Of a DNA stretch of 64,000 bases, positions 1-9,500 are shown piece by piece; within the stretch, counting starts at the first letter, position 1, and each line of letters begins with the position of its first letter. Position numbers and translations under genes: made by a program. The notes beneath the pieces were generated by a model. It saw only the letters and a list, made by a program, of their open reading frames with translations, had not been told where the DNA came from and did no database searches. Source of the stretch: a virus; the IMG/VR virus record IMGVR_UViG_3300033232_000078; one strand, written 5' to 3'.

Positions 1-685
1 CGGCATGGAAGTTCTGGCGGATATTCCGAGCGACAAGCTCCATTGGCACTACATCCCGCCAAGCTCGCCGGACTGGGTTGACATGATTGATAGTGCGACA
101 AAGATTAATAAGCTTACGCTGAAATCCCTGTCTGAAATGAGTGACATTAACAAGTCCAAGTACACGGAATTCCTGGATGTGTTAAATAGCTTGGCAAATT
201 TCCATGACGACCGCACGGGTAAGGCCTTTGGTCCGGTTGACTCTTGGGGACCAGAGCGAGTTATCGTGGTGGATTCCCTGTCCGGGCTGAGCATCATGGC
301 AATGAACCTTATTGCGGGCAGTAAACCCGTCAAATCTATCGCTGATTGGGGGGTGTCTGTCGATAACTTGGAACGCCTGCTGACCAAGCTCTGCGTTGAC
401 ACCCGCTGCCACTTCGTGCTGATCTCGCACCTTGAGCGGGAAACAGACGAGGTGACCGGCGGCACAGCACTCATGGCGAGTACCCTTGGTCGGAAGCTCG
501 GTCCGAAGCTCCCCCGATTCTTTTCGGACGTTATCCATGTGAAACGGGACGGCCCTAAATTCAAATGGTCTACCGCTACTTCGAACGTAGACACCAAGGC
601 CCGGAACGTCGGCATTTCCGCTGACCTCCCTCCGAGCTTTGTCTCCATCATTAAAGCTTGGCGTAAATCCGCCGGGCTTGAGTGA
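1..685 (+). CDS. AAA-type ATPase, 5'-truncated copy (full copy at 43907-44767)
   Basis: Identical to the 3' part of 43907-44767. Confidence 0.85.
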   Translation, partial: GMEVLADIPSDKLHWHYIPPSSPDWVDMIDSATKINKLTLKSLSEMSDINKSKYTEFLDVLNSLANFHDDRTGKAFGPVDSWGPERVIVVDSLSGLSIMAMNLIAGSKPVKSIADWGVSVDNLERLLTKLCVDTRCHFVLISHLERETDEVTGGTALMASTLGRKLGPKLPRFFSDVIHVKRDGPKFKWSTATSNVDTKARNVGISADLPPSFVSIIKAWRKSAGLE

Positions 686-783
686 GCACCAAGGTCCTCA
701 GGATGACATAAAACCCCTGGGTCCTGCCCGAGACCCCAAACCGGCATCAAACCCACTGTAATCACTTTATGAAAGGTACTAAA

Positions 784-1227
784 ATGTCACAATTCGATCC
801 CGAACAGTTCATGAACTCCTCCGTCTCCGACGCGAACTCGACTGCCTACACTCCCGTACCGGAAGGCGAATATCAGGCCTCGGTCGTGTCGGTTACCCCG
901 CGCGTGACTAGCACTGGCAAAGCCTTGCTTAACGTCGCATGGAAAGTGGACGACGAAACCGCACGGTCCGAGACCGGCATGGCCGAGCCGATGGTTTACC
1001 AAACCGTCTGGCTGGATGTGACCGAGTCTGGTGGTCTGGATACCGGCAAGGGCAAGAACGTCGGCCTGGGCAAACTCCGCGATGCCGTTGGCCAGAATCA
1101 AGCCGGTTCGCCCTGGTCGCCCGGTATGCTGATCGGCCAGGTCGCACTGGTTCGCGTCGGTCACAGCATCGACAAGCGCGACAACGTGACAATCCAGGCT
1201 GAAGTCAAAGCCGTCGCGGCGCTATAA
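784..1227 (+). CDS. Putative single-stranded DNA-binding protein (DUF669-like OB-fold)
   Basis: MSQFDPEQF...YTPVPEGEYQASVVSV pattern typical of DUF669-like phage SSBs; follows the AAA ATPase; RBS AAGGT before ATG at 784. Confidence 0.65.
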   Translation: MSQFDPEQFMNSSVSDANSTAYTPVPEGEYQASVVSVTPRVTSTGKALLNVAWKVDDETARSETGMAEPMVYQTVWLDVTESGGLDTGKGKNVGLGKLRDAVGQNQAGSPWSPGMLIGQVALVRVGHSIDKRDNVTIQAEVKAVAAL

Positions 1228-1246
1228 GTAGCCTCTGGTAGTACCA

Positions 1247-1279
1247 AGGGCCAGCGAGTGCATTTTGCTTTCTGGCCCT
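1247..1279 (+). terminator. Stem-loop after the SSB-like gene (possible terminator or processing site)
   Basis: AGGGCCAG...CTGGCCCT inverted repeat; no clear U-tract. Confidence 0.3.
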
Positions 1280-1300
1280 GTCTCACTAGGAGAACCCTGA

Positions 1301-1540
1301 ATGGAATATGACGAGTGTATTACCTGGTGGCGCGAGGAGTCCGGTTCGATACTCGACCGGGACTATGCCCGATACTTAGACAGTCTCAACAAAGGAGAGC
1401 AGAATGAAAAGCATACCGATGGAATCCCTGGTAATCCCGCCCAACCGACAGCGCCGGGAATTCGACGAGAAGAAAATCCAGGAACTTGCAACGAGCATCA
1501 ACAGCAAGGGTTTGTTGCACCCGCCGGTCGTCCGGGCTGA
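1301..1540 (+). CDS. Hypothetical protein overlapping the start of the ParB-MTase gene
   Basis: AGGAG RBS upstream; 137-nt overlap with the next gene lowers confidence. Confidence 0.35.
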   Translation: MEYDECITWWREESGSILDRDYARYLDSLNKGEQNEKHTDGIPGNPAQPTAPGIRREENPGTCNEHQQQGFVAPAGRPG

Positions 1541-2714
1541 CGGAGACTCCTATATCCTTGTTGCTGGTGAGCGCCGCACCCGCGCCATTCAGTCCCTGCA
1601 CATCCTCGACATAGGCATTACCTGTAATGATACTCTCATCCCAGCTGGATTTCTGCCGGTCACGTTGCTTAGCGATCTTGACGATTTTGCGCTGCGCGAG
1701 GCCGAACTCGAGGAAAACACCATCCGGGTGGATTTATCCTGGCAAGAGCAAACTGCCGCTGTTGCAGCACTTCATGCTTTGCGCAGTGAGCAAGGAGCTG
1801 CTGCTGGTAAGACGCACTCTGTTACGGCTACAGCTACAGAGATCCTGGGGAAGTCTGCCGAAGGCGGCCAAGTCACACGCGTCACGGAGAGTCTGATTCT
1901 GTCCAAGCACCTGGATGATCCGGATGTGCAGAAGGCCAAGACCCCCAAGGAAGCCATGAAGGTGTTGCAAAAGAAAGCTGACATTGCCCACCGGGCGAAA
2001 CTCGCGGAAACCTTTGACGGCGCTAAAACTCCGCACACCCTGATCCACGGTGACAGTTTGGTCGAATTACATAACTTCGACAGTGGTGTCTTTGATCTGA
2101 TTCTGACTGATCCGCCTTACGGCGTCGGCGCAGATACCTTCGGTGATATGGCCTCTACCGGCCACGAGTACCGAGACGATCCTGAGTACGCCCAGGAGTG
2201 CTATGCGAAGCTCGCCCGGGAAGGCTTCCGCATCACCAAGGACAAGGCTCATGCATACATCTTTTGCGACATTCGGAACTTCCAAACTATTGCGCTTGAG
2301 TTCACTTTGGCTGGCTGGGACGTATGGGAACGGCCTTTAATCTGGAGTAAGAAAAATGGAATGCTCCCCAAACCTGACTTCGGGCCGCGTCTCACCTACG
2401 AAGCCATTCTCTTTGCCAGCAAGGGCAATCGAAAAATCCTTCGCGTGGGAGCAGCTGACGTGCTCGAATTCACTACCGAAGGAAAGAACGAACACGGAGC
2501 ACAAAAGCCTGTCGCCCTTTATAGCGAACTCATTGCGAGATCTTGTTATCCTGGGGATCGGGTGCTTGACTGTTTCGTCGGTTCAGGAACTGTATTCCCC
2601 GCAGCCAATGCAACTCGCACCATTGCCACAGGCATTGAAATCAGCAAAACTTATCACGATCTGGCCCAGTCCCGGATGCATGGAGTAGACGCTCTTGAGG
2701 ATTTGGTGCTATGA
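1404..2714 (+). CDS. ParB-like N-terminal domain fused to a beta-class N6-adenine/N4-cytosine DNA methyltransferase
   Basis: ParB motif LLHPPVVR...LVAGERR; MTase motif IV DPPY precedes motif I DCFVGSGT; HGAQKP motif; GGAG RBS. Confidence 0.9.
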   Translation: MKSIPMESLVIPPNRQRREFDEKKIQELATSINSKGLLHPPVVRADGDSYILVAGERRTRAIQSLHILDIGITCNDTLIPAGFLPVTLLSDLDDFALREAELEENTIRVDLSWQEQTAAVAALHALRSEQGAAAGKTHSVTATATEILGKSAEGGQVTRVTESLILSKHLDDPDVQKAKTPKEAMKVLQKKADIAHRAKLAETFDGAKTPHTLIHGDSLVELHNFDSGVFDLILTDPPYGVGADTFGDMASTGHEYRDDPEYAQECYAKLAREGFRITKDKAHAYIFCDIRNFQTIALEFTLAGWDVWERPLIWSKKNGMLPKPDFGPRLTYEAILFASKGNRKILRVGAADVLEFTTEGKNEHGAQKPVALYSELIARSCYPGDRVLDCFVGSGTVFPAANATRTIATGIEISKTYHDLAQSRMHGVDALEDLVL

Positions 2715-4357
2715 GTGAGCTTTGCATAAAGCCGCATGGGCCGCAAAACGCCGAGGTGCTCATCGTGGGCGAGTATCCAGGCGCGGATGAACTCTGGAAG
2801 GGGATTCCTTTCCAAGGTGCTGCTGGCGCTGAACTCGCCCGGATGCTGCATGAGGCCGGGATCATCATCAGTGAGTGTCGCACGGCGTATGTGTATCCTT
2901 GGAAGAACTCCGGGCACACTACCTTGCTGGCACCCACAAAGCCTAAAGGCATTGCCATTGGTGCGACTGAATTCCTGGATGGTAAGTATTGTACCCCCAA
3001 GGTGCTTGAAGGGATTGCCCTGCTCAATGCCGAAATCGAATTGCACAAGCCTAAAGTAATCATCACTCTGGGCGAAATGTCAATGTGGGCTGTAACTGGC
3101 GAGAGCACCCTGACGAACTGGCGCGGTTCACATCTCGAGCACAAGGCAAGCGGCATCCGCACTATCCCTACCTACGCACCCCATATGGTCTTACGCAACT
3201 GGGAGTGGCGGATGTTCGCCGTCCGGGATTTATCCCGAGCCAATGCATACCGGCACCACCCGGAGGATTACAACCCCCAGTGGGATTTCCTGATCCGGCC
3301 GAGCTTCGAGGCCACAATGGAGATCCTGGAAAATTTGCTCGCCCAAGCTGAGCGTGGCCCCGTACCTTTGTCACTCGACATTGAGACTATTTGTCGACAT
3401 ATCTCTTGCCTTGGGATTGCCTGGAGCCGTACCAGTGCACTTTGCATCCCATTCATGGATCAGGGCAAACACTATTGGGAGGAACATGAAGAAGTTGCTA
3501 TTGTTCAAAGCCTCAAGACTTTATTGCAGCATCGCAATGTCTTTAACATCGGTCAAAATTTCGCTGGGTATGATAACCAGCACTTCGCCAAGCACTGGGG
3601 GTTTACCCCTCACCTTGAGTTCGACACCATGCTCGCGCAGCATACCCTGTTCCCCGGCATGGCCAAGTCTCTCGACGTTCTCTCATCCCTTTACTGTCAC
3701 TACCACAGGTACTGGAAAGACGAGCTTAAAGACTATAACAAGATGCCAGAAGATATTCATCAATACTGGACCTATAACTGCAAGGATTGCGTTATCACCT
3801 TTGAGGTTTGGGAAGTACTGCAGGCGCAACTCGAACGCGCCAAGCTAGTCCCACAATTCAACTTCTTGATGCGCATGGCTACCCGAAATGTGTTTCGCGC
3901 AATGCTCCGAGGCGTCCGTATTGACGCTAAGCGTCGCACTGAGGTTGCTGGCGAGTTGTTGCAGTCAATCCAAGAGCGCGAGCAGATCATCCACCACGTT
4001 ACTGGATATGCCCTTAATGTGGGCTCCCCCAAGCAAATGAAGGAGTTCTTCTATGACGACCTTGGGTTCCCCCCGATCAAGAACCGGAAGACTAAGCAGC
4101 CGACTTGTGACAGTGCGGCACTCGGTACCTTGGCGCAGAAGTTCCCATTGGTTAAGCCTCTTACTGATCTGATTGAGGAGAAGCGCTCCTTGGGGGTTTT
4201 CCTCTCTACCTTTTGCTTAATGCCTTTAGATACCGACGGGCGTATGCGGTGCTCGTATAACGTAGCCGGGACCGAGACCTTTAGGCTTTCCAGCTCTGAA
4301 AATGCATTCGGTTCAGGAGGTAATTTGCAGAACGTACCTAAGGGAGAAGAAGAATGA
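2711..4357 (+). CDS. Family A DNA polymerase N-terminal part: UDG family-4-like domain + 3'-5' exonuclease + start of polymerase domain
   Basis: GEYPG...E..KGIPFQGAAG (UDG motif A); exonuclease motifs SLDIET, GQNFAGYD, YNCKD; FRLSSS...GNLQNVP at C-terminus. Confidence 0.88.
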   Translation: MSELCIKPHGPQNAEVLIVGEYPGADELWKGIPFQGAAGAELARMLHEAGIIISECRTAYVYPWKNSGHTTLLAPTKPKGIAIGATEFLDGKYCTPKVLEGIALLNAEIELHKPKVIITLGEMSMWAVTGESTLTNWRGSHLEHKASGIRTIPTYAPHMVLRNWEWRMFAVRDLSRANAYRHHPEDYNPQWDFLIRPSFEATMEILENLLAQAERGPVPLSLDIETICRHISCLGIAWSRTSALCIPFMDQGKHYWEEHEEVAIVQSLKTLLQHRNVFNIGQNFAGYDNQHFAKHWGFTPHLEFDTMLAQHTLFPGMAKSLDVLSSLYCHYHRYWKDELKDYNKMPEDIHQYWTYNCKDCVITFEVWEVLQAQLERAKLVPQFNFLMRMATRNVFRAMLRGVRIDAKRRTEVAGELLQSIQEREQIIHHVTGYALNVGSPKQMKEFFYDDLGFPPIKNRKTKQPTCDSAALGTLAQKFPLVKPLTDLIEEKRSLGVFLSTFCLMPLDTDGRMRCSYNVAGTETFRLSSSENAFGSGGNLQNVPKGEEE

Positions 4358-5136
4358 ACCTGTCCGCCCATCACACCCTTCCCAATATCCGGAAGTTCTT
4401 CGTACCTGATCCCGGTTTCACGATTGCCGATTCGGACCTCGATCGGGCCGACCTCCAGGTCGTGATCTGGGAAGCTGACGACGCGATGCTTAAGCGCGCC
4501 CTGAAAGACGGCGTAGATATTCACATAATGAACGGGATTGACCTTGACAATCTACCCATGCCACCTCTTGACGAGCTGGTCGAAACTCATGCTAACTACC
4601 CTGAGCATAAAGCCCGCTTCAAGAAGCAACGGCAACTCGCAAAGTCCTGGGTACACGGCACGAATTACGGAGGCTCGGCGGCAACTATGGCTCGCGCAGC
4701 TAAAATCAGCACAGCGCAAAGCGAGCTGCTTCAACGTCGCTGGTTCGCGGCGCACCCAGGGATCAAAGACTGGCACGATAGAACCGAGGCGTCCCTGCTG
4801 GCTACTCGATCCGTCACGAACAAGTTCGGATTCCGAAAGCTTTACTTCGACCGAATAGAGGCGTTGCTGCCGCAAGCCCTGGCCTGGGTTCCTCAAAGCA
4901 CGGTCGCCATCTACATCAATATGGTCTGGGACGCCATCGAGGACTCTGTGCACGAAGCCCAGGTCTTGCTCCAGGTCCACGACAGTCTCGTCTGGCAAGC
5001 CCCCACGCACACCTTCAACAGAACGGCAAGGACAATCCAAGAACTTGCATCCAAGATCATAGTGCCATATGATGATCCATTAGTGATTCCCTTGGGGGTC
5101 AAATCCTCAGTGGTCTCCTGGGGTGATGTAGATTAA
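4354..5136 (+). CDS. Family A DNA polymerase C-terminal part (palm/fingers, motifs A, B, C)
   Basis: Motif A SDLDRADLQV, motif B RQLAKSWVHGTNYG, motif C LQVHDSLV; ATGA overlap and GGAG RBS at 4343. Confidence 0.9.
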   Translation: MNLSAHHTLPNIRKFFVPDPGFTIADSDLDRADLQVVIWEADDAMLKRALKDGVDIHIMNGIDLDNLPMPPLDELVETHANYPEHKARFKKQRQLAKSWVHGTNYGGSAATMARAAKISTAQSELLQRRWFAAHPGIKDWHDRTEASLLATRSVTNKFGFRKLYFDRIEALLPQALAWVPQSTVAIYINMVWDAIEDSVHEAQVLLQVHDSLVWQAPTHTFNRTARTIQELASKIIVPYDDPLVIPLGVKSSVVSWGDVD

Positions 5137-5174
5137 TAACGGGGCGCATAATGCATCTTTATACGCCCCTTAAA
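5136..5174. promoter_or_regulatory. 39-bp palindrome family, site 1
   Basis: GGGGCGCATAA-TGCATCT-TTATACGCCCC (core 5141-5169), intergenic between polymerase and helicase-like gene. Confidence 0.8.
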
Positions 5175-5187
5175 AAGGATAACCTTA

Positions 5188-6384
5188 ATGGCACAACGCA
5201 AGACCAGGGACTGGCTTCAGGCCTTTATGCAGTACGCCTCCTACGGCGAAGCACCTTTGAAAATGTACTTTTGGGTCGGAGTCAGCACTATTGCGGGGGC
5301 ACTTCGCCGTAGGGTCTGGATCGACCAGAAGTACTTCCAATGGACTCCGAACTTTTATGTTATCTTGGTAGCCCCGCCTGGGATTGTTTCAAAATCCACC
5401 ACGGCTTCTGTGGGCATGAACCTTCTCAAGGAAGTCCCCGGCGTTACCTTTGGCCCGGATGTAGTGACTTGGCAAAAGCTTGTTGAGGATATGGGAAAGT
5501 CCACGGAAATGGTAATGAACCCTGAGACCGGCGAGTACATCCCAATGTCTTGCCTCACGGTGGCTTCGAGTGAATTCGGTACCCTGCTAAATCCACAAGA
5601 CCGGGAGATGGTAGACGTACTGGTGAGCCTTTGGGACGGTCAAGTCGGAACCTTTAAAAAGGCCACCAAGTCTTCTGGCAATGACTCCATCGAGAACCCT
5701 TGGATTAATATCATCGCCTGCACCACGCCGAGCTGGATCGCAGGCAACTTTCCCGAGTACATGATCGGCGGAGGCTTTACGAGTCGCTGTGTCTTTGTGT
5801 ATGCTGCCCATAAGCGCCAGTTCGTAGCCTACCCCGCTGACCACGTTCCAGAGGAATTCCTGGCCCAACGTGCTGCCCTGATTCATGACCTTGAGATTAT
5901 CTCTACCCTGGTAGGCGAGATGGAGCTTGACTCGGAGGCCAAATCCTGGGGTGAGCAGTGGTACCAGAACCACTGGACGGCTAAGCACCAGCATCTATCC
6001 CCTGACCAGTTCGGCGGATACCTCGCCCGGAAGCAGACCCATATCCATAAGCTCGCTATGATCTTCGCCGTTAGCGAATCCGATGAACTCGTCATTCACC
6101 GCCGGCATCTGGAAAAAGCCGCTGACATGGTTGACGCCCTCGAAGACGACATGCCTTACGTCTTCGACAAGATCGGCCGAACGCAAAGCACCCGGGCGCT
6201 GAATGACCTGTGCGAAATCGTAGCAGCCTATTCCCCCATCACACAACAAGACCTGTACCGGAGACTGAGCCGCCAGTGTACCTTTAAAGAATTCGCAGAC
6301 ATTCTGCAAAGTGCCATATCCGCGGGCTTCATCACCATCAAGCAGCAAGGCACCGAGACACTTGTCTCAGCAAAAAGGAGTTAA
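5188..6384 (+). CDS. DUF3987-like P-loop NTPase (putative replicative helicase), without a primase domain
   Basis: NFYVILVAPPGIVSKST (Walker A-like), SSEFGTLL, LVSLWDG, FTSRCVFVY motifs typical of DUF3987/YfjI-like proteins. Confidence 0.7.
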   Translation: MAQRKTRDWLQAFMQYASYGEAPLKMYFWVGVSTIAGALRRRVWIDQKYFQWTPNFYVILVAPPGIVSKSTTASVGMNLLKEVPGVTFGPDVVTWQKLVEDMGKSTEMVMNPETGEYIPMSCLTVASSEFGTLLNPQDREMVDVLVSLWDGQVGTFKKATKSSGNDSIENPWINIIACTTPSWIAGNFPEYMIGGGFTSRCVFVYAAHKRQFVAYPADHVPEEFLAQRAALIHDLEIISTLVGEMELDSEAKSWGEQWYQNHWTAKHQHLSPDQFGGYLARKQTHIHKLAMIFAVSESDELVIHRRHLEKAADMVDALEDDMPYVFDKIGRTQSTRALNDLCEIVAAYSPITQQDLYRRLSRQCTFKEFADILQSAISAGFITIKQQGTETLVSAKRS

Positions 6385-6385
6385 A

Positions 6386-6595
6386 ATGAAGACCTTCCAT
6401 AATACCATCACCCAGCTCGGATACTGTTGCCCGACCGAGTTCTTCTTGAAAAACGCAGGTATCCCGCACAAGGAATTAGCCGAGACCCTCGACCTGGCGC
6501 CTCGAACGATCCGCTTGCATAAGCAAATCGTCCAAGACGAAAGTGAGTGTCCCGGCCACGAGTCCTGTCTTAAAAGGATTCCCCAACATCCTTGA
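6386..6595 (+). CDS. Small helix-turn-helix protein with Cys residues
   Basis: HKELAETLDLAPRTIRLHK HTH-like segment; AGGAG RBS; last gene of the + arm. Confidence 0.6.
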   Translation: MKTFHNTITQLGYCCPTEFFLKNAGIPHKELAETLDLAPRTIRLHKQIVQDESECPGHESCLKRIPQHP

Positions 6596-9500
6596 TGACG
6601 CTACGATATCGCTTCTCAGTGCTGTCACCACGATCCAGCTTCCGATTCCGCTTCCTCATATTCCGGACGCTTTCCATCCGGTCCTTGACACTGATCTTCA
6701 TCTTGAAGTCCGGCACCTGTTCGTTGTACTCGTCAATCGCGGACTGGCTGGCCTTTCGCTTATCCAGGTCCTTCTCCCAAACAGCTTTGCGGTAGGATTC
6801 CAGCAACCCGGCACGGCGCGATCTCCAGTAGATTATCTCCCCGGTCTCCGAAAATTTCCGTTCCCGGTTCACTGCCAGTACCGCCGGGTTCCCCCCAAGC
6901 GCCATCATTGCCAGCTCATAATCCGACAGATCCCGGAAGTTCCCGGTCTCCAGATCCTTGACGATGCGCTCACCACCTTTCCCAGTAACGCCGTAAGTCG
7001 GCCGCAGGGTTTGCTTGTGATACGCATCGAGAGCTCTACCCATAGCACCTGTCGCGCCCGGCAATTCCTTCAGCATCTCAGGCACAGTGGCACGCCCCCC
7101 GACTACCTTGGGAGCCAGCATGGTAACCTTGATCAAATCCTCAAGCACCCCGCCGGCGGGCCCAGACACTTCGACGGCGCCTTTACCAAGCAGTTCCCCC
7201 ACATCATCATAGTTCCGATTCAGCATCTCAGTGCCCGGAATGATTTGACCCAAGCCGAAGCTTCCGCTCAAGTCCAATCCCCCTGCATTATGCAACAGCC
7301 CGTTCATAACCAGATTCGAGTCCATCCCATATTCTTTAAAGAACCTCCGCATCTCAAGCCTGATATTATCACCACCGCTGAGTTTCCGCCAAATCGCCTG
7401 CAGCATGTCCAGAATATTACTTCCGAATGGTAGGCCTTCCAATCCGCTGAGCAGCAAAAACATCAGCCAAAGCTTCGCAGTCGTGCCAAACACCCAAGGC
7501 CTTACCGCCCTACCTTCGGCCCGGAACTGCGCACGCTGCCCCCTTTCATAGCCACCGCTCATGATCCAGCCCATGAACTGCACATAGCTCAGAAAGATAA
7601 ACATCACGGCTTTCTTGCCACGCAAAAACTGGCTCCGGTTCCCTGCATCATAAGCATTCTGCAGCAACAGCGTTTTGCTCTTGGCATTTTCATAAGCCTG
7701 TTGCCGCGCCATCTCAAATTTCATACCGTTGTTTCTAAGCCGATCGAATTCCGCCGAGAAGAAACTCATCAGCGTCGATGCCCGGTTCAGCTTCTCCACC
7801 GTTCGAAAGGTCCACATGCCGGTTTCAATAAACTGCCTCGCCATATGCCCCATCGTCGTCCTGCGGAAATGGCGCAGCATCGCACTGCTGGTACTTTGTC
7901 CGGCGAGAAAATATGCATAGCTCTGGTCAATAATACCATCCCTGATGGCATCATTCATCACCGAGCTAAAGGCATTCCTCCGGATCATCTCAGCATTATC
8001 CTTTGCCTCACTGATCCAGCCCGCCGTGTCCATCTTATACTTAATGAGATCGTGCATGGCGCTGACCATATACCGGGAACCCTTAAGTTCTCCGTATTCC
8101 GTTGTCATGGCTGCGCCCGTATTAAGCATGGTGCTGAAGTTCAGCAATGCCGTCTTCATGTTATATGCCAGCATCATTAGCGTCACCCAGAGCCGAACGC
8201 CTTGAAACTCTTGGGTCGGATACAGCATATACGACTTGGTGTTCTCCATCATCTTGAGGTTCCGGCGGCGCAAAGCAATCAGTTTGGCCCGCTCGGCCGC
8301 AGGCATTCCCTGAGACTTATGCAACTCCCTGATTTCATACTGTTGCCATTGGATCGCCCTTGTAAAGTTTGCCCGGTAACGCAGCTTCCAGGTAAAGTTC
8401 GCATTGTGCCAGATGAAATCCGCGTAGTTCCTGACAAAGTCCTTGCTGGCTCCGTCAAGCTTACTCGTGGCATCCTCAAACCTCTTCGCGATCTTGTCCA
8501 CCATATCCGGCTGCATCAGTTCGGCCGCAGCGGCAATCTGCTCTTCCGAGAACAGTCCGGTATCCTGGAAGTTTTGCAGCATCGACACCGGCAGGTTAAC
8601 CGGAATTCCATCGAAGTCTTTGAACTCCTTGGTCGAGACCTTATATTGCTGGGGGTTCTCGTCCTGCTTTTGCAGCCAATATTCACTCGCCTTCTTAAAG
8701 CTTTCTTCCGATTCGAAGTGCTCGATATGCACTGGAGCATATTTCTTACCATTCTTCTTCTGGGACTCCTTAACAATCACGACGTAGTTCCCGAAGTGCC
8801 CCTGCGGCATAAACGGAGTCTCGTTGAGTTTTGCGAAGGTCTCCTTAATCTTCTGGTGAATCCGGGCAATCACCAGATCATTACCTTCGTATTTGCTGAC
8901 TGCCAGTTCAAACAGAATTTGCCGCTGGTGCTCGAACTGCACTTGAGCCGCATTTTTATAGTCCAGAATCAGTTGCGCGAGGTGCTGGCCATCATCCGTC
9001 TGGGGGTCAATGCCGTGTTGCCTTAGCTGCTCCCGGAACAGTTCCGAGGGCTGGAACACCAGTCGCCCGTGCCGGTCCTCCGCAAGCGCGGTCCAGTGCT
9101 TACCCGCTTTCCACTCCGCTGAAAGAAACCCGTCGATGAGGTTTTGCTTGGCGATACCAAGCGTGAGAATTTCTTTGGCAACTTGTTCTCCTTGGACTTG
9201 TAACTGGCTCTTGAAAGTCTCAGCCATGTTCACAGCTTTAACCATGCTCTGCATCGGCAAGTCAAATTCATTCCCGTACAGCGGAATCACAGCACGCTGT
9301 TGCATTTGTACGAGTTGATCAAAGGCCTTTCCGGCGAGCGCAACCCCCAGGGTCCACGGCTTCGCCAGGAACTCTTTGATTGGCCCCGTAAGGGTCTCGT
9401 GCGCCTGGGCCTGTACCGGAGACTCCAGATCAAAGTATTCCTTTTGCATCTGGCCTTCGAGTTGACCATCCGCCAGTTGTGATGCATCCCACACCAGCAC

